This document shows, one piece after another, positions 26,298 to 38,591 of a DNA stretch of 64,000 nt (positions are counted from its first letter, which is position 1; each line of letters opens with the position of its first letter). Under the pieces are notes generated by a model. The model had not been told where the DNA came from, made no database searches, and saw only the letters and a list, made by a program, of their open reading frames with translations. The position numbers and the translations under genes were made by a program. Source of the stretch: Negaprion brevirostris (Eukaryota); contig JARDVH010000110.1 of the NCBI GenBank assembly GCA_030324005.1, positions 69,196,341 through 69,260,340 of the forward strand, written 5' to 3'.

Positions 26298-26458
26298 GAT
26301 AAAAGTAAATTACTGCAGATGCTGGAATCTGAAATCAAAAGAGAAAGCGCTGGAAAATCTCAGCCAGTCTGGCAGCATCGGGACTGGAAACGTCAGCTCT
26401 TTTCTCTCCTTACAGATGCTGCTACACTTGCTGAGATTTTCCAGCATTTCCTCTTTTG
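26298..26458. mobile_element. Penelope-derived hairpin element with target-site duplication
   Basis: Inverted arms GCTGGAAAATCTCAGC / GCTGAGATTTTCCAGC. Flanked by GAAACGAAAG[A/G]TTG at 26284 and 26459. Confidence 0.75.
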
Positions 26459-26899
26459 GAAACGAAAGGTTGATCCTTGTAGAATTCCATCTGGGACTGT
26501 GATATTGAAAGAAATTAAGTATCAGTGTTCTGATGGTGATGGTCCATATTGTTATAATTACATGAGTTACAGTTTTACGTTTAAAATGTTAAGCAGATTT
26601 ATAACATGGCATTTGTCTTCCTCGGGGATTTATTCAAATCAGTCGGCTTGTATATAATTAAATGGACTCAGTAGGGTTTAAATGTTGCAAGTGAACAGAA
26701 TGGGATCCTGGAAAATGGGCCTTATGCAGGATATTATGAAGCTTCAGTCAAATCTTGCCATGCCCCTTGAGGAAAGAGATGGCAGGCATTCAGGTTTTTA
26801 AATGGGTTCTGAATAAGCAATCCTTAGAAAATCCACCAAAGTTTGGAAAAAGGAAAATAAAATCTCAAAAATAGTACAGGAAAAGATAGGAGAAATTTA

Positions 26900-27080
26900 G
26901 AGTGTACAATATTAAATGTAAACAGCAGAGACTCGAAGAGACATTGCAGCTTTAAGAAATGAGCTGTACGGTGATCGGCTCAATCCCAGTTCACCAATGA
27001 GAAACCGCATTGTGCCTGGAGATCTTGACTGCCCTCTTCCCTTCCCATCCACCATTACGTACGACCAGATGCAGCGTAAA
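26900..27080 (+). promoter_or_regulatory. Conserved promoter module of V5
   Basis: GTGTACAAT; GCTTTAAG 26949; ATCGG 26974 (degenerate); CCAAT 26994 (short spacer); GATCTTGACTGCCC; CCATCCACCAT. Confidence 0.82.
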
Positions 27081-27314
27081 ATCCACATAGAGAGCTGTGC
27101 GGCTCTTTACCGGGTTTTGTATTCGCATATATTGGCAATGTGTGAAAGAAATCAGAAGAAAAGGGCGAAATCTCAATGAGAATTTAAAAGAAATACCGGT
27201 ATCTTTCTGAAATACTGCCCCTTCATCATTGAAAATGGTTGCTACTGAATCTTATTTCAAGGAATTATTGAATGGCGTGTCGCGCTGAAGTAATTGGAAT
27301 GCTTTGTGCAGGAA

Positions 27315-29774
27315 ATGGGATTTTCTGAAATATATTGGCAGCTAAAATGGTCACTTTTACACTGTGTGTTTTTCTTCTGGGTTCTGGTTTCGGGACAAAT
27401 TCGCTATTCAATTCCTGAAGAATTGCAACTGGCCGCCTTTGTGGGGAATATCGCAGACGATTTGGGTTTGGACGTGAAAGAGCTCTCGGCTCGCAGCTTT
27501 CGCATTGTATCTGGACCCAGGAAGCAATATCTGGATGTAAATTTGGACAGTGGGATATTGTTTGTGAAAGAAAAGATCGACAGAGAGCAGCTCTGTGGGC
27601 CGAGTCCCATTTGCACATTGTCCTTGGAGGCCGTGATCGAAAACCCCTTGAACGTGTATCATTTTCAAGTGGAGATTCTGGATGTAAATGACAACGCTCC
27701 TCGTTTCCCCAAAAGCCAATTCCATTTGGAAATTTCAGAGGTGGCCGTGCAAGGGGCTCGTTTTGCTCTGGAGTCGGCGCAGGATCCAGATGCTGGCACC
27801 AACTCCCTACAAACCTACCAGTTAGCCGCTAATGAATTTTTCACAATAGACATCCAGTCGCGCAGTGGAGATGGCAAGTTGCCAGTATTAGTGTTGCAAA
27901 GGCAGCTGGACAGGGAGAAGCAAAGGACACACAGGTTAGTGCTAATTGCCAAGGACGGGGGCATCCCCGAGAAATCTGGAAGTGCGGAGATAATTATTAC
28001 CGTTCAGGACGCGAATGACAACGCGCCCGTGTTCCCACAATCAGTGTACAGGGTGGGGCTACCGGAAAATATATCCAAGGGAACTCTGGTCATTAAACTA
28101 AACGCTACCGACTTAGATGATGGTCCCAACGGAGAGATTGTTTATTCTTTCAGTAGCCACGCGTCGGCCAAGGTCCGGGAAATTTTTAAGGTGGATTCCA
28201 GAACTGGGGAAATTAGAGTCAAAGTTAACCTGGACTATGAAGAAAACAGCGTTTTTGAGATTAATGTGCAGGCGATGGACAAGGGGCCTTATGCAACTCC
28301 TGTATACTGTGATGTGCTGGTCAACGTTACTGATGTCAATGATAACGCACCTGACATAACCCTGACTTCGATGTTTAGTCCTGTCAGTGAAAATTCCCTG
28401 CCTGGGACGGTGGTGGCCCTGTTCAATGTGGAGGACAAAGATTCGGGTGATAACGGGCACGTGCAATGCCAAATTGCAAACGGATCCCCTTTCAGACTGG
28501 ATTCCTCTTTGAAGAATTATTACAGATTGCTGACTCAGCAGCCATTGGATCGGGAAAATACCCCAAAGTATGACATTACAATCCTATGCAGCGATAGAGG
28601 AACGCCTCCACTCACAGCTAAGAAATCCATCCGGGTGGAGGTTTCCGATATCAATGATAACGCGCCAAGCTTTACCCAAACTTCCTACACTGCCTACATA
28701 ATGGAGAATAATGTCATTGGTTCCTCTATCTTCTCAGTGACAGCTTTCGATCCAGATTTAAACCAGAACTCTCGGCTGGCCTATTCCATCCTGGAAACTC
28801 GGGATCCGGACTTACCAGCATCCTCGTATGTGCACATTAATTCAGAAACTGGTGTCATATATTCGCAGAGAACGTTTGACTATGAGCAGATTAAAAACTT
28901 TCAGGTCCTAGTCCGAGCAGTGGACTCTGGCCCTGTGCCACTGAGCGGTAACGCTTCGGTAGACATTATTATCCTTGACCAAAACGACAATGCCCCGGTC
29001 ATCACACATCCGTCGCCAGAGTATGGCTCTACGGTGTTGGAGACTGTACCGAGGTTCGCCGAGTCAGGTTACCTGGTTGCTAAAGTCTCTGCAACAGATG
29101 CAGACTCTGGCCAAAACTCTCGCCTCTCTTACCAGATTTTTCAAGCTACCGATCCGGGTCTTTTTACAATTTCACCCGACTCAGGAGAAATATGGACAAT
29201 TCGTGGCATTCTGGACAAGGACCTGAATCAGCAGAGGTTGGTCATTGTGGTAAAAGACAACGGGGCACCATCACTTTCAGCTACAATGACCATCATTATA
29301 TCAGTGGAACGAAGTAAAACAGAAATGTTATCCGAGGTTGACAGTTTGTCTGAAGGACCTGTTTTTGCTTCGGATACAAATTTTTATTTAGTCATATCTC
29401 TGGGGTTACTTTCCATCACCTTTCTGGTGATTTTAATCATCCTGGCTGTTAAGGTTTACAGAAACAAACTGGGCGTTGGTGCTCGGACCTCTTGCCGCGG
29501 CAACTGTTGCTGCTTTGAGACAAGAAATCAAAAGGCTGCTAGGAGCCTCCAGATCCCCCCGAACTACGTAGAAGTGTTTGGGGGCGATCCACTTTCTCAG
29601 AGCTTCCGCTACGAGACGTGTTCATCTTCAGATGCGATCAAGACAGACTTCCTGTTTCGCAACATGTATGGTTCACAGGGGGGCAAGGAGAACATCAACA
29701 CCGGGCCTACTGGGAAGGAAGAGACCCCACCAGTGTTGAACTCTGCAAATTCTAGAAATAATGCTAACAGTGAG
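27315..29774 (+). CDS. Clustered protocadherin variable exon V5
   Basis: ATG at 27315 (MGFSEIYWQLKWS). 820 codons with complete domain set. Donor GAG|GTGAG at 29774. Confidence 0.96.
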
Positions 29775-30079
29775 GTGAGAGACCCGCCTAAAGGCTGGGA
29801 TGGGAGAACACGGAATGTGTTTGATGCATGTGTACACATAGCACCCTGAGAATGTCTACACGTGCAGACGAGGAACTGGGAGAGTTGCCTGCGTGGGTTA
29901 TCAATATTCCCCAACTCTTAAATTCAGCAACAATATACCTGGCCAAGCTAAACCTTAGAGGCACCGCTATCATTTCCTTGATTGCTATTAATCTGTTATA
30001 TCTTTAATTGTTATTCAGCACTAATTAATTTTAAAATGTTTTGATACATGATTCAGAATGTTGTTATAGGCAAAAGCCA

Positions 30080-30430
30080 TGTTTGAAATGCTGAGAGGCT
30101 GTTTTCCTTGGCTGAAAATGCAAGATTAATAGTTACAGTGTCAGGGTGACAGGTCAGACATTTCAGACTGAGATGAGGAAACATTTCTTCACCCAGAGGG
30201 TTGTGAATCTTTGGAATTATCTACTCCAGAGAACTGCGGCTGTTCAGCCACTGGGTACACTAAAACAGAGCTAGATAAATTTGTGGGCGAGTAGTGAGCC
30301 AAGGGTTGTGGGGATAATACAGGAAAGTGGCGTTAATAAGATAGTTAAGCCGGGGCCTTATTGAATGGCGGTGCAAATTCGATGCGCCCTCGACCCTACA
30401 CATGCTCTTATTCCATATGTCCTTATGGGT
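30080..30430 (+). mobile_element. CR1-like LINE 3' fragment
   Basis: GACTGAGATGAGGAAACATTTCTTCACCCAGAGGGTTGTGAATCTTTGGAATT plus tail. Confidence 0.8.
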
Positions 30431-30711
30431 TAATATATTAGGACAGTAAAAATATTAGATCATTTTCTGAAACACTTTTACCAACCTAGCGAGCAAGCTC
30501 CATCTCTGTATTTTGTATAGAATATTCCGGAAGTGACTGTAAATGCGCATTTCACCTAAACCAGAAACTGCTCTATCATTTACAGACAAATATCAAGGAA
30601 TGTCATTAACCTCGCTGTTCTTTTGCCAGCAAATCTTGTCCCGCAGCTTAAAATATTCTTTGGCAGAGAAAATAAAGTCAAAATATTGAAGGAAAATGGT
30701 GGAAATATTTT

Positions 30712-30910
30712 TAGTTGTACAACCATAAATATTACCTTTACGCAGCGGTTTTCAAAACCATTCTAGCTTTAAGCAGTGTTTAGAACGGTGATTGGCTGAT
30801 TTGTTAACATGGCCACGTTCACCAATCAGAAGCTAGCATTTGTCCGGAGATCCCTTTTCCCAACCCATCCACCATCAACGTAAGATCAGCCACAGTGTAA
30901 AAATGGACAG
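30712..30910 (+). promoter_or_regulatory. Conserved promoter module of V6
   Basis: TTGTACAAC; GCTTTAAG 30766; ATTGG 30791; CCAATCAGAA 30822; CCATCCACCATC. The GACTGCCCC block is missing. Confidence 0.85.
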
Positions 30911-31124
30911 CAAGCTGCGTCTCGCTGGATTAGGATTCCTACACGCATCTATGGATGGTTTTATAATTTTTAAGAACATTTGTCTCAAATAACGGCAGGA
31001 TGTTAAAGTAGTCCAGGTATTTTACAAACTCTAGCTCTTTTAAAATGATATTTGGAGTTTATTAAGGCGAATTGGCGAACGGAGCCGTGCTGCGCTGAAG
31101 CATTTGAAATGGTTTTCGCTGGAA

Positions 31125-33608
31125 ATGGGATATTATAAAATATATTGCTTGGGAAAATGGCAACTGTTGTGCAGTGTCTTCCCCTTCTGGGTCCTGGTAT
31201 CGGGACAGATTCGCTATTCCATCCCTGAAGAACTGCAACTGGGCGCCTTTGTTGGGAATATCGCAGACGATTTGGGTTTAGATGTGAGAGAGCTCTCGGC
31301 TCGGAATTTCAGAATTGTGCCCGGTCCCAGAAAAAGGTATTTGGATGTAAATTTAGACAATGGGGTTTTTTTTGTGAAGGAGAAAATTGACAGGGAACAG
31401 TTCTGTGGGTCGAGCCTCACTTGCTTATTGTCTACAGAAGCTGTGATCGAAAACCCTTTGAACGTCTACCGAATCGAAGTGGAGCTTCTGGATGTAAACG
31501 ACAACCCTCCCCATTTCCCAAAGAGCGAAATCCGGCTGGAAATCTCTGAGCTGGCGGCTCCGGGGGCGCGCTTCCCCCTCGAGTGCGCGCACGACCCGGA
31601 CGTTGGAGCCAACTCCCTACAAAGCTATCGGCTGCTGGGGAACCAGCACTTCGCCCTGGACATTGAGACCCGCAGTGGAGACGAGAAGCTGCCAGTGCTA
31701 GTGCTTGAAAGGCCACTGGATCGAGAGAAAGAGTCGACCCACAGGTTAGAGCTAATCGCCAAGGATGGCGGGGTCCCCCCCAGGTCCAGCACTGCGCAAA
31801 TAATAATCGTGGTGCAGGACGCCAATGACAACTCCCCCGTCTTCTCCCAGTCTGTTTACAGGGTCAGCCTGAATGAAAACGTGCCCAGGGAAACATTGGT
31901 AATCAGGCTTAATGCAACTGACTTGGATGATGGGTCTAATGGTGAGATAGAATATTCCTTTACCAGTCATACCTCCGCGACAGTGCGTGAACTATTTAGC
32001 CTGGGTTCCAAATCTGGCGAAATCAGAGTGAATGGAAATTTGGACTTTGAGGAAAACAGTGCCTTTGAGATCAATGTACAAGCAATGGATAAGGGGCCTT
32101 ATGCAGTTCCTGTCTACTGCCATATACACGTGGACGTTACTGATGCGAATGATAACTCGCCGGAGGTGATAGTGACTTCTCTGTTCAGTCCCATCCGCNN
32201 NNNNNNNNCCGCGAAGACTCCGTGCCCGGGACTGTGATAGCTCTGATCAGCACCACAGACAAAGACTCAGGGGGAAATGGTCAAGTTGATTGCCAAATCC
32301 CAAAAAACCTCCCCTTTCAATTGAATTCTCCCTTGAGGAACTATTACAAATTGCTAACCCAGCAACAACTGGACCGTGAAAACACCTCCAAGTACGACAT
32401 CACTATTCTCTGTAGTGATTCCGGATCGACTCCGCTCACTTCCAAAAAAACTGTGCAGGTGGAGATCTCAGATGTCAATGACAACGCGCCACGTTTTAAC
32501 CAGGCTGCCTACACAGCCTATGTGATGGAGNNNNNNNNNNAACGTTATCGGGGCCTCCATCTTTTCGGTGACAGCGTCTGATCCGGATTTTAACGAGAAC
32601 GCTCGAATATCTTATTCCATCCCGAGGGAGCTGAACCAGGACGAGTCGATGGCCGGCTATGTGTATATTGATTCGGAGAGTGGCATCATATTTTCTCAGA
32701 GAACTTTTGATTACGAGCAACTCAAAAACTTTCAGCTCCGGGTTCAGGCACGGGACTCTGGAGTCCCAGCACGCAGCAGTAACGTTTCGGTGGATGTCGT
32801 TATCCTTGACCAGAACGACAACGCTCCGGTGATCCTGCATCCGCTGCCCGAGTATGGGCCAGCAGTANNNNNNNNNNNGTCCCGCTTCGCAGAACCAGGC
32901 TACCTGGTCACCAAGGTGTCTGCCACCGATGCTGACTCCGGCCAGAACGCTCGTCTCACTTACCAAATGACTCAGGCCACTGACCCAGCACTTTTCACAA
33001 TTTCACCCGACACAGGCGAAATCTGGACAGTCCGCGGCGTTGGGGACAACGATGCAACGAAGCAAAGGTTAACAATCGTGGTAAAAGACAACGGGACACC
33101 ACCGCTTTCAGCATCTCTGACTATCAGTTTATCAGTGATCGATGGGGATGCACAGTTACTTTCTGATCTTAGCAGCTTGACTGAAAATCCTGGATTCGCT
33201 TCCGATTTGAGCTTTTACTTGGTGATTTCTTTAGGGATAACTTCTTGCATTTTCCTGGTGGTTTTAATCGCCCTCGCTGTGAAAGTGCACAAAAACAGGG
33301 CAGGGTTTACTGGTTACAGTTGTGGCCTGGACGCCTGTTGGTGTTGCGAATCAAGAAACTCGCTCAATGGGATTCAGAAAGCCAGTAGAAACATCCAGAT
33401 CCCTCCGAATTATGTGGAGGTATTCGGCGGGGATCCACTCTCGCAGAGTTTCCGCTACGAGACATATTCCACTTTAGAACGAGACCCCGCCTTTCCCAAC
33501 ACCTGCGGGTCGTCTGTATTGAAGTATCACGTCGAGAGTGAAAATATTAAGGGAAAATTTCCACACTCATCACCTTCTGCAAATTCTAGAAACCCTGTAA
33601 ACAGTGAG
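31125..33608 (+). CDS. Clustered protocadherin variable exon V6 (split into three ORFs only by small N-gaps)
   Basis: ORFs 31104-32237, 32222-32581 and 32568-33674 join into one Pcdh. The frame changes fall exactly at 10-N placeholders: 32199-32208 (flanked by duplicated CCGC) and 32531-32540. Donor GAG|GTGAG at 33608. Confidence 0.9.
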
Positions 33609-33997
33609 GTGAGGTATTGTTTCAAAAAGGACAAATTAGATACCTCACATTTGGTTGCACTTATATGCAAATAGGGAATTCCNNNNNNNNNNNNNNNNNN
33701 NNNNNNNNNNNNNNNNNNNNNNNNNNNNNNNNNNNNNNNNNNNNNNNNNNNNNNNNNNNNNNNNNNNNNNNNNNNNNNNNNNNNNNNNNNNNNNNNNNNN
33801 NNNNNNNNNNNNNNNNNNNNNNNNCATCATGATTGTTGAAGGACTTCCTCCCAATTGGAAAGAAATTTACAATGTCGTTTACAATATGTAACACAGAGAT
33901 ATATTGAATGATGACTAAATTCATCTGCTTAAATTACATGAGTAATTTAAAAAGCAATCTGCAAAAGATCTTCCCATCATTATTCCAATTGCTGAAT

Positions 33998-35425
33998 TCA
34001 GCCCTGAAGAAGGCATGCGGATTTGAAACGTTAACTCCTGTTTCTCTCCCCACAGATGCTGCCAGACCTGCTGAGTTTTTGCAGCATTTTCTGTTTTTGT
34101 TACTGCTGAATTGACCACCGACCCGCGCAAAGTTGTAACAATCGTATTTGTCAGTATATTCGTTATTTGTTGACTAAGGGTCACTTACGCGGTTGAAAGC
34201 AGAATGAAGCAGGGGCTGGAATTCTAAATTAAAAACAGAAAATGCTGTATTTGTGGAGAGTGAAGCAGGGTTCAAGTTTCAGGGTATTGAGCTGTTATCA
34301 GAACTGAGAAGAGTTAAAAATGTAATACGGCTTGAGCAAGGAATGTGTGGGGAAAGGAGGTGTGTGATAGAAATGAGTCTGGGAGGCCGTAAGAATTCTA
34401 ATTTAATGATGGGTAACCTGCAGCCTATCTTCGGTCTGACGTAAGACATTTTGTTGACAAGTGCCCGTGCGTAGGATTCCCAGACTAATTTCCATCCACA
34501 TAGGTTTTTTTTCCCCTACCAGTATGACTGAAGTGATAAGTAACTAAAGCACAGCCGAATGGAGTGCGGTGCATACTGATTGCTCACAACAACTGTGAGA
34601 GCCATGCATACTTCTGCATGCAAAGTTTAAAATTTTTTTTTTACCATTTGAAGTTGATGACAGCTTTACTAATATATAAATGATTAAGCATTTTTATATA
34701 ACTTGTTGTGAAATATTCAGCATATATTAAATGTACTTAAATCTTAATCATGGGGTCATGGTTAGTGAACAAGCCTGATTTTAATCATGTAACCCACTGA
34801 TGTGAAGATATGCCACACACTGGCCTTACATTGGTCTCATTGAAAGATCAGAAGTTCTGTGCACTGCTCACGAAGTGGTCTCCTCTCAGCTTTGCAGGAC
34901 ACTTCTTTTTAGTCTACTCCACATTCCCATCGGCCATTCATTTTAATTCTCCACCTTGCTCTCAGGCACTGACATATCTGCCTGCCGCACTGTTTCACAG
35001 CAGTAAGCTTCAGCAACATTATCTCATCTTTCAACTGGACACACTAGTGTTGAGTTCAGTGATTTCAGACCATGTTCTTCCCCATTTCAGATCATCTTCT
35101 TCCCTATTTCATTTATTTTTCTTTGTTTGTTTCTGGTTTTCTCTTTTTTTTTACCTTTAGCCTGCAGCAGCACCTGCTCCAGGGACTTTTTTCTGATTCT
35201 TTCCTTGCCCCATCACCAACCTTGGAATCTGAAAATCGTATTTATTTGTCACGTAACCATCATACCTGATCGCAGATCTTCGTCTGTCCCTGTCCACCCA
35301 CACCTTGTTCAAAATATGTTGTTTTTCCAACTTTTCCCAATTCTGATGGAAGGTCAACAATCAAGTTTCTTTCTCCACATATCCTGACTGATTTATGGAA
35401 TATTTCCAGAATGTTCTGTTTCTGT
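33998..35425. mobile_element. Penelope-like element remnants (terminal arms with hammerhead-like core)
   Basis: CTGAAGA..GAAACGTTAACTCCTGTTTCTCTCCCCACAGATGCTGCCAGACCTGCTGAG at 34004-34100. Further arms at ~34225-34310 and ~35340-35425. Confidence 0.55.
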
Positions 35426-35727
35426 ACCATTTGTGTTTGATTCAGAAGTCAAAAAGGGTATCAAAATGCAAATAGGAATGAGGCAACTGAAGCTTTCGCA
35501 CTAAGAATAGAGTTGAAATAATTCAATTAGGAATTCTGATTAAGATGATTAAAATGCACGCCTGGCGGCATTTGTTTTCCGAGGAATTTCTATAAGGTTC
35601 CTCACTTGTAGATTTATAAGAAGATCCTTAAGTTCCTAATCCTTACCCTTTCTGAGGCTTCTCTTGAAAATATTTCCGTGGAGAGGTTATCTCTAAAATA
35701 ATTGACCAGCCTTGCTGGCTACATTTT

Positions 35728-35920
35728 TGATTGCACAGTGAGAAATGTCCATCTGCTAAAGGCTGCTAGCTTTAAGAAATGCTGCCTATTGTGATTGGTT
35801 AAAGACGGGTGTAGTGCCACTCACCAATCAGAAGCCGAATGGTGACTGGAGATCCCGGCTGCCCCCTTCGCTTCCCTTCCGCCATCACATATGATCAGAT
35901 CCAGTGTGAAATTGGATAGC
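35728..35920 (+). promoter_or_regulatory. Conserved promoter module of V7
   Basis: TTGCACAG; GCTTTAAG 35769; ATTGG 35794; CCAATCAGAA 35824; GATCCCGGCTGCCCCC. Confidence 0.85.
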
Positions 35921-36137
35921 GAGCTGTGTGGCGTGATATCTGGCTTTATTAATCCAACTGTGAATGAAGAATTTAGAAGATTTATCGGAAATTACCTCGG
36001 AGATTTACCACAGGTATTATGGTGCAATGTAGCTCTTCGGTTTACATGTTCAGAGATGATACGTAATAATTTTATTCCTATGAATGATTGGGCAGCGCTG
36101 TGACGTGCCGAAGGAATTGAAATGCTTTGTGCTGGAA

Positions 36138-38591
36138 ATGGGATTTTATAACATACACTGGCTATTAAAATGGCAACTCCCGTGCTTAGTGCTCGCCTGG
36201 AATCTGGTTTCTGGACAGATTCGATATTCCATTCCCGAGGAGCTGCAGCTGGGCGCTTTTGTTGGGAATATCGCAGCCGATTTGGGTTTACATGTAAAAC
36301 AGCTCTCGAGCCGAAATTTTCGGATTGTGTCGGGTCCCAGGAAACAGTATTTCGACGTAAATTTAGACAGCGGGATTTTACTTGTCAAGGAGACTATTGA
36401 CCGAGAACAGCTCTGTGGATCAAGCCTCGGGTGCGCCCTGACTCTGGAAGCTGTGATTGACGAGCCACTCAATGTCTATCATGTCGAGGTGGAGATTCTG
36501 GATATAAACGACAACGCTCCCCATTTCCCAAAAGAACAATTCCGTTTGGAAATATCCGAGTTGGCCGTGCCCGGATTTCGCTTCCCACTGGAATCCGCCT
36601 ACGATCCGGACGTCGGCACCAACTCCTTGCAAACCTATCAGTTAGCCCCTAACCAATATTTTAATCTGGATGTACAATCTCGCAGTGAGGACGGTAAACT
36701 CCCAGTTTTAGTGATGGAGAAGCCCCTTGATAGAGAGCAGCAGCCCACACTGCAGTTACTGCTGACGGCCACTGACGGGGGCATTCCACAGAGATCTGGC
36801 ACGGCACAGGTTACCATCCACGCACTGGATGCCAACGACAACATCCCTACCTTCAGCCAGTCCCTTTACAGAGTCAGTTTGTTAGAAAATGTGCCCATCG
36901 GAACGCTGGTAATCAAAGTGAACGCTACTGACCCAGATGAAGGTCCCAACGGAGAAATTGTTTATTCCTTTGGTAGCCACGCTTCTGTTAAAGTGCGGGA
37001 ATTGTTCAGTGTGGACCCCAAAACGGGAGAGATCCGAGTTAAAGGGCTTCTGGATTTCGAAACAGCAAAGGAATTGGAGATTAGTTTGCAAGCAGTGGAT
37101 AAAGGCGCATCACCTGTGCCTGTGCATTGCGATGTGTTAGTGCAAATCGTTGATGTGAATGATAATACGCCGGAGATAACTGTGACATCTTTGTCCAGTT
37201 CAGTTCCTGAAGATGCCCTGCCTGGCACTGTGATAGCTTTAATCAGTGTGAGTGATTCAGACCTGGGGGAGAATGGAAACACTCACTGTCAGATCCCCAA
37301 CAGCCTCCCTTTCAAATTGGATTCAACGTTTAAAAATTATTACCGATTGGTCACCAAAGATTTGCTGGATCGAGAAATGGCCTCTCAGTATGGCATCACC
37401 ATTAGCTGCAGCGATGCAGGTTCGCCTGCGCTCACTTCCAACAAAACCATTCAGCTGGAGATCTCAGATGTAAACGACAACCCCCCACGTTTCTCACGGA
37501 CTTCATACACAGCCTATGTGACAGAGAACAACGCCATTGGGTCTTCGATCTCATCGGTGTCAGCTTTTGATGCAGATTTAAATCAGAACTCTAGACTGTC
37601 CTATTCTATTTTAAAGACACAAGTCGGCGATATCCCAGTAACTAATTATGTGTCTATTAATTCAAATAGTGGCGTAATATCTGCTGAGCGTTCATTTGAC
37701 TACGAGGAATTGAAGAGGTTTCATGTCCACGTTCAAGCTGCTGACGCTGGGGTCCCACAGCTTAGCAGTAATGTGTCAGTGGAAGTGATTATTCTAGATC
37801 AGAATGATAATGCCCCAGTCATCATATCCCCAATTCCGGAGTATGGTTCCACATCAACGGAGACAGTATCTAGATCGGCGGAGCCGGGTTACCTGGTGAC
37901 CAAAGTGTCAGCTACTGACGCTGATTCAGGCCCCAATGCAAGGCTTTCTTATCAACTGGCCCAGGCCACTGACCCTGGCCTTTTCACTATTTCCCCAGAC
38001 ACGGGAGAGGTCTGGACTATCCGTCGCATTGTGGACAACGATGCAGTCACGCAGCGCTTGGTTATCCTGGCAAAAGACAACGGGATCCCACCGCTAAGCG
38101 CAACAATTAGCATCATCTTATCACTGGCCGACATTAACACCGAAAGTCTTTCCGAAGTGAGTAGTCTAACAAAAGATCTCGGATTTCCTTCAGAGATAAG
38201 CCTGTACTTAGTCATAGCTTTAGGATCAATCTCCTCCATTTTTCTGGTGGTTTTGGTCATCCTCGCTGTTAAAGTCCACAGAAATAGGAACGTTTTTAAC
38301 CGTCACAGCTGCTCTCTGGACACATGCTGCTGTTTGGGATCCGCACATTCTCTGAACGGAGTACAAAAGGCCAGCGTCAACCTTCAGATCCCCCCGAATT
38401 ATGTTGAAGTTTTTGGCCGTGAGCCACCGCCTCAAAACTTCTGTTACGAGGTCTGCTCTACATTGGATAAAGGTGCAAGCACATTTCCCAAGATTGAAAG
38501 TCCAATTGCGACGGGAAACCGCAGCAGTGTGGCCAAAAGATATGTTCAGCCGTCAAATGTTGTAAATAATAGAACCAATTTATTCAACGAG
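36138..38591 (+). CDS. Clustered protocadherin variable exon V7 (last intact variable exon)
   Basis: ATG at 36138 (MGFYNIHWLLKWQ), with an in-frame upstream ATG at 36084. 818 codons. Divergent VCD (FGREPPPQNFCYEVC). Donor GAG|GTGAG at 38591. Confidence 0.96.

Noticed and set aside
32199-32878. Apparent frameshifts making V6 a pseudogene
   Set aside because: All breaks are at 10-11 N placeholders. Merging the duplicated CCGC and resizing the second gap restores an 820-821 codon frame.
4456-36472. Recurrent minus-strand ORFs over EC1-EC2 of each exon (…PQSCSLSIFSFTNK…KAPSCSSSGIE)
   Set aside because: Antisense shadows of conserved cadherin codons. Starts and lengths are inconsistent and there is no independent coding evidence.
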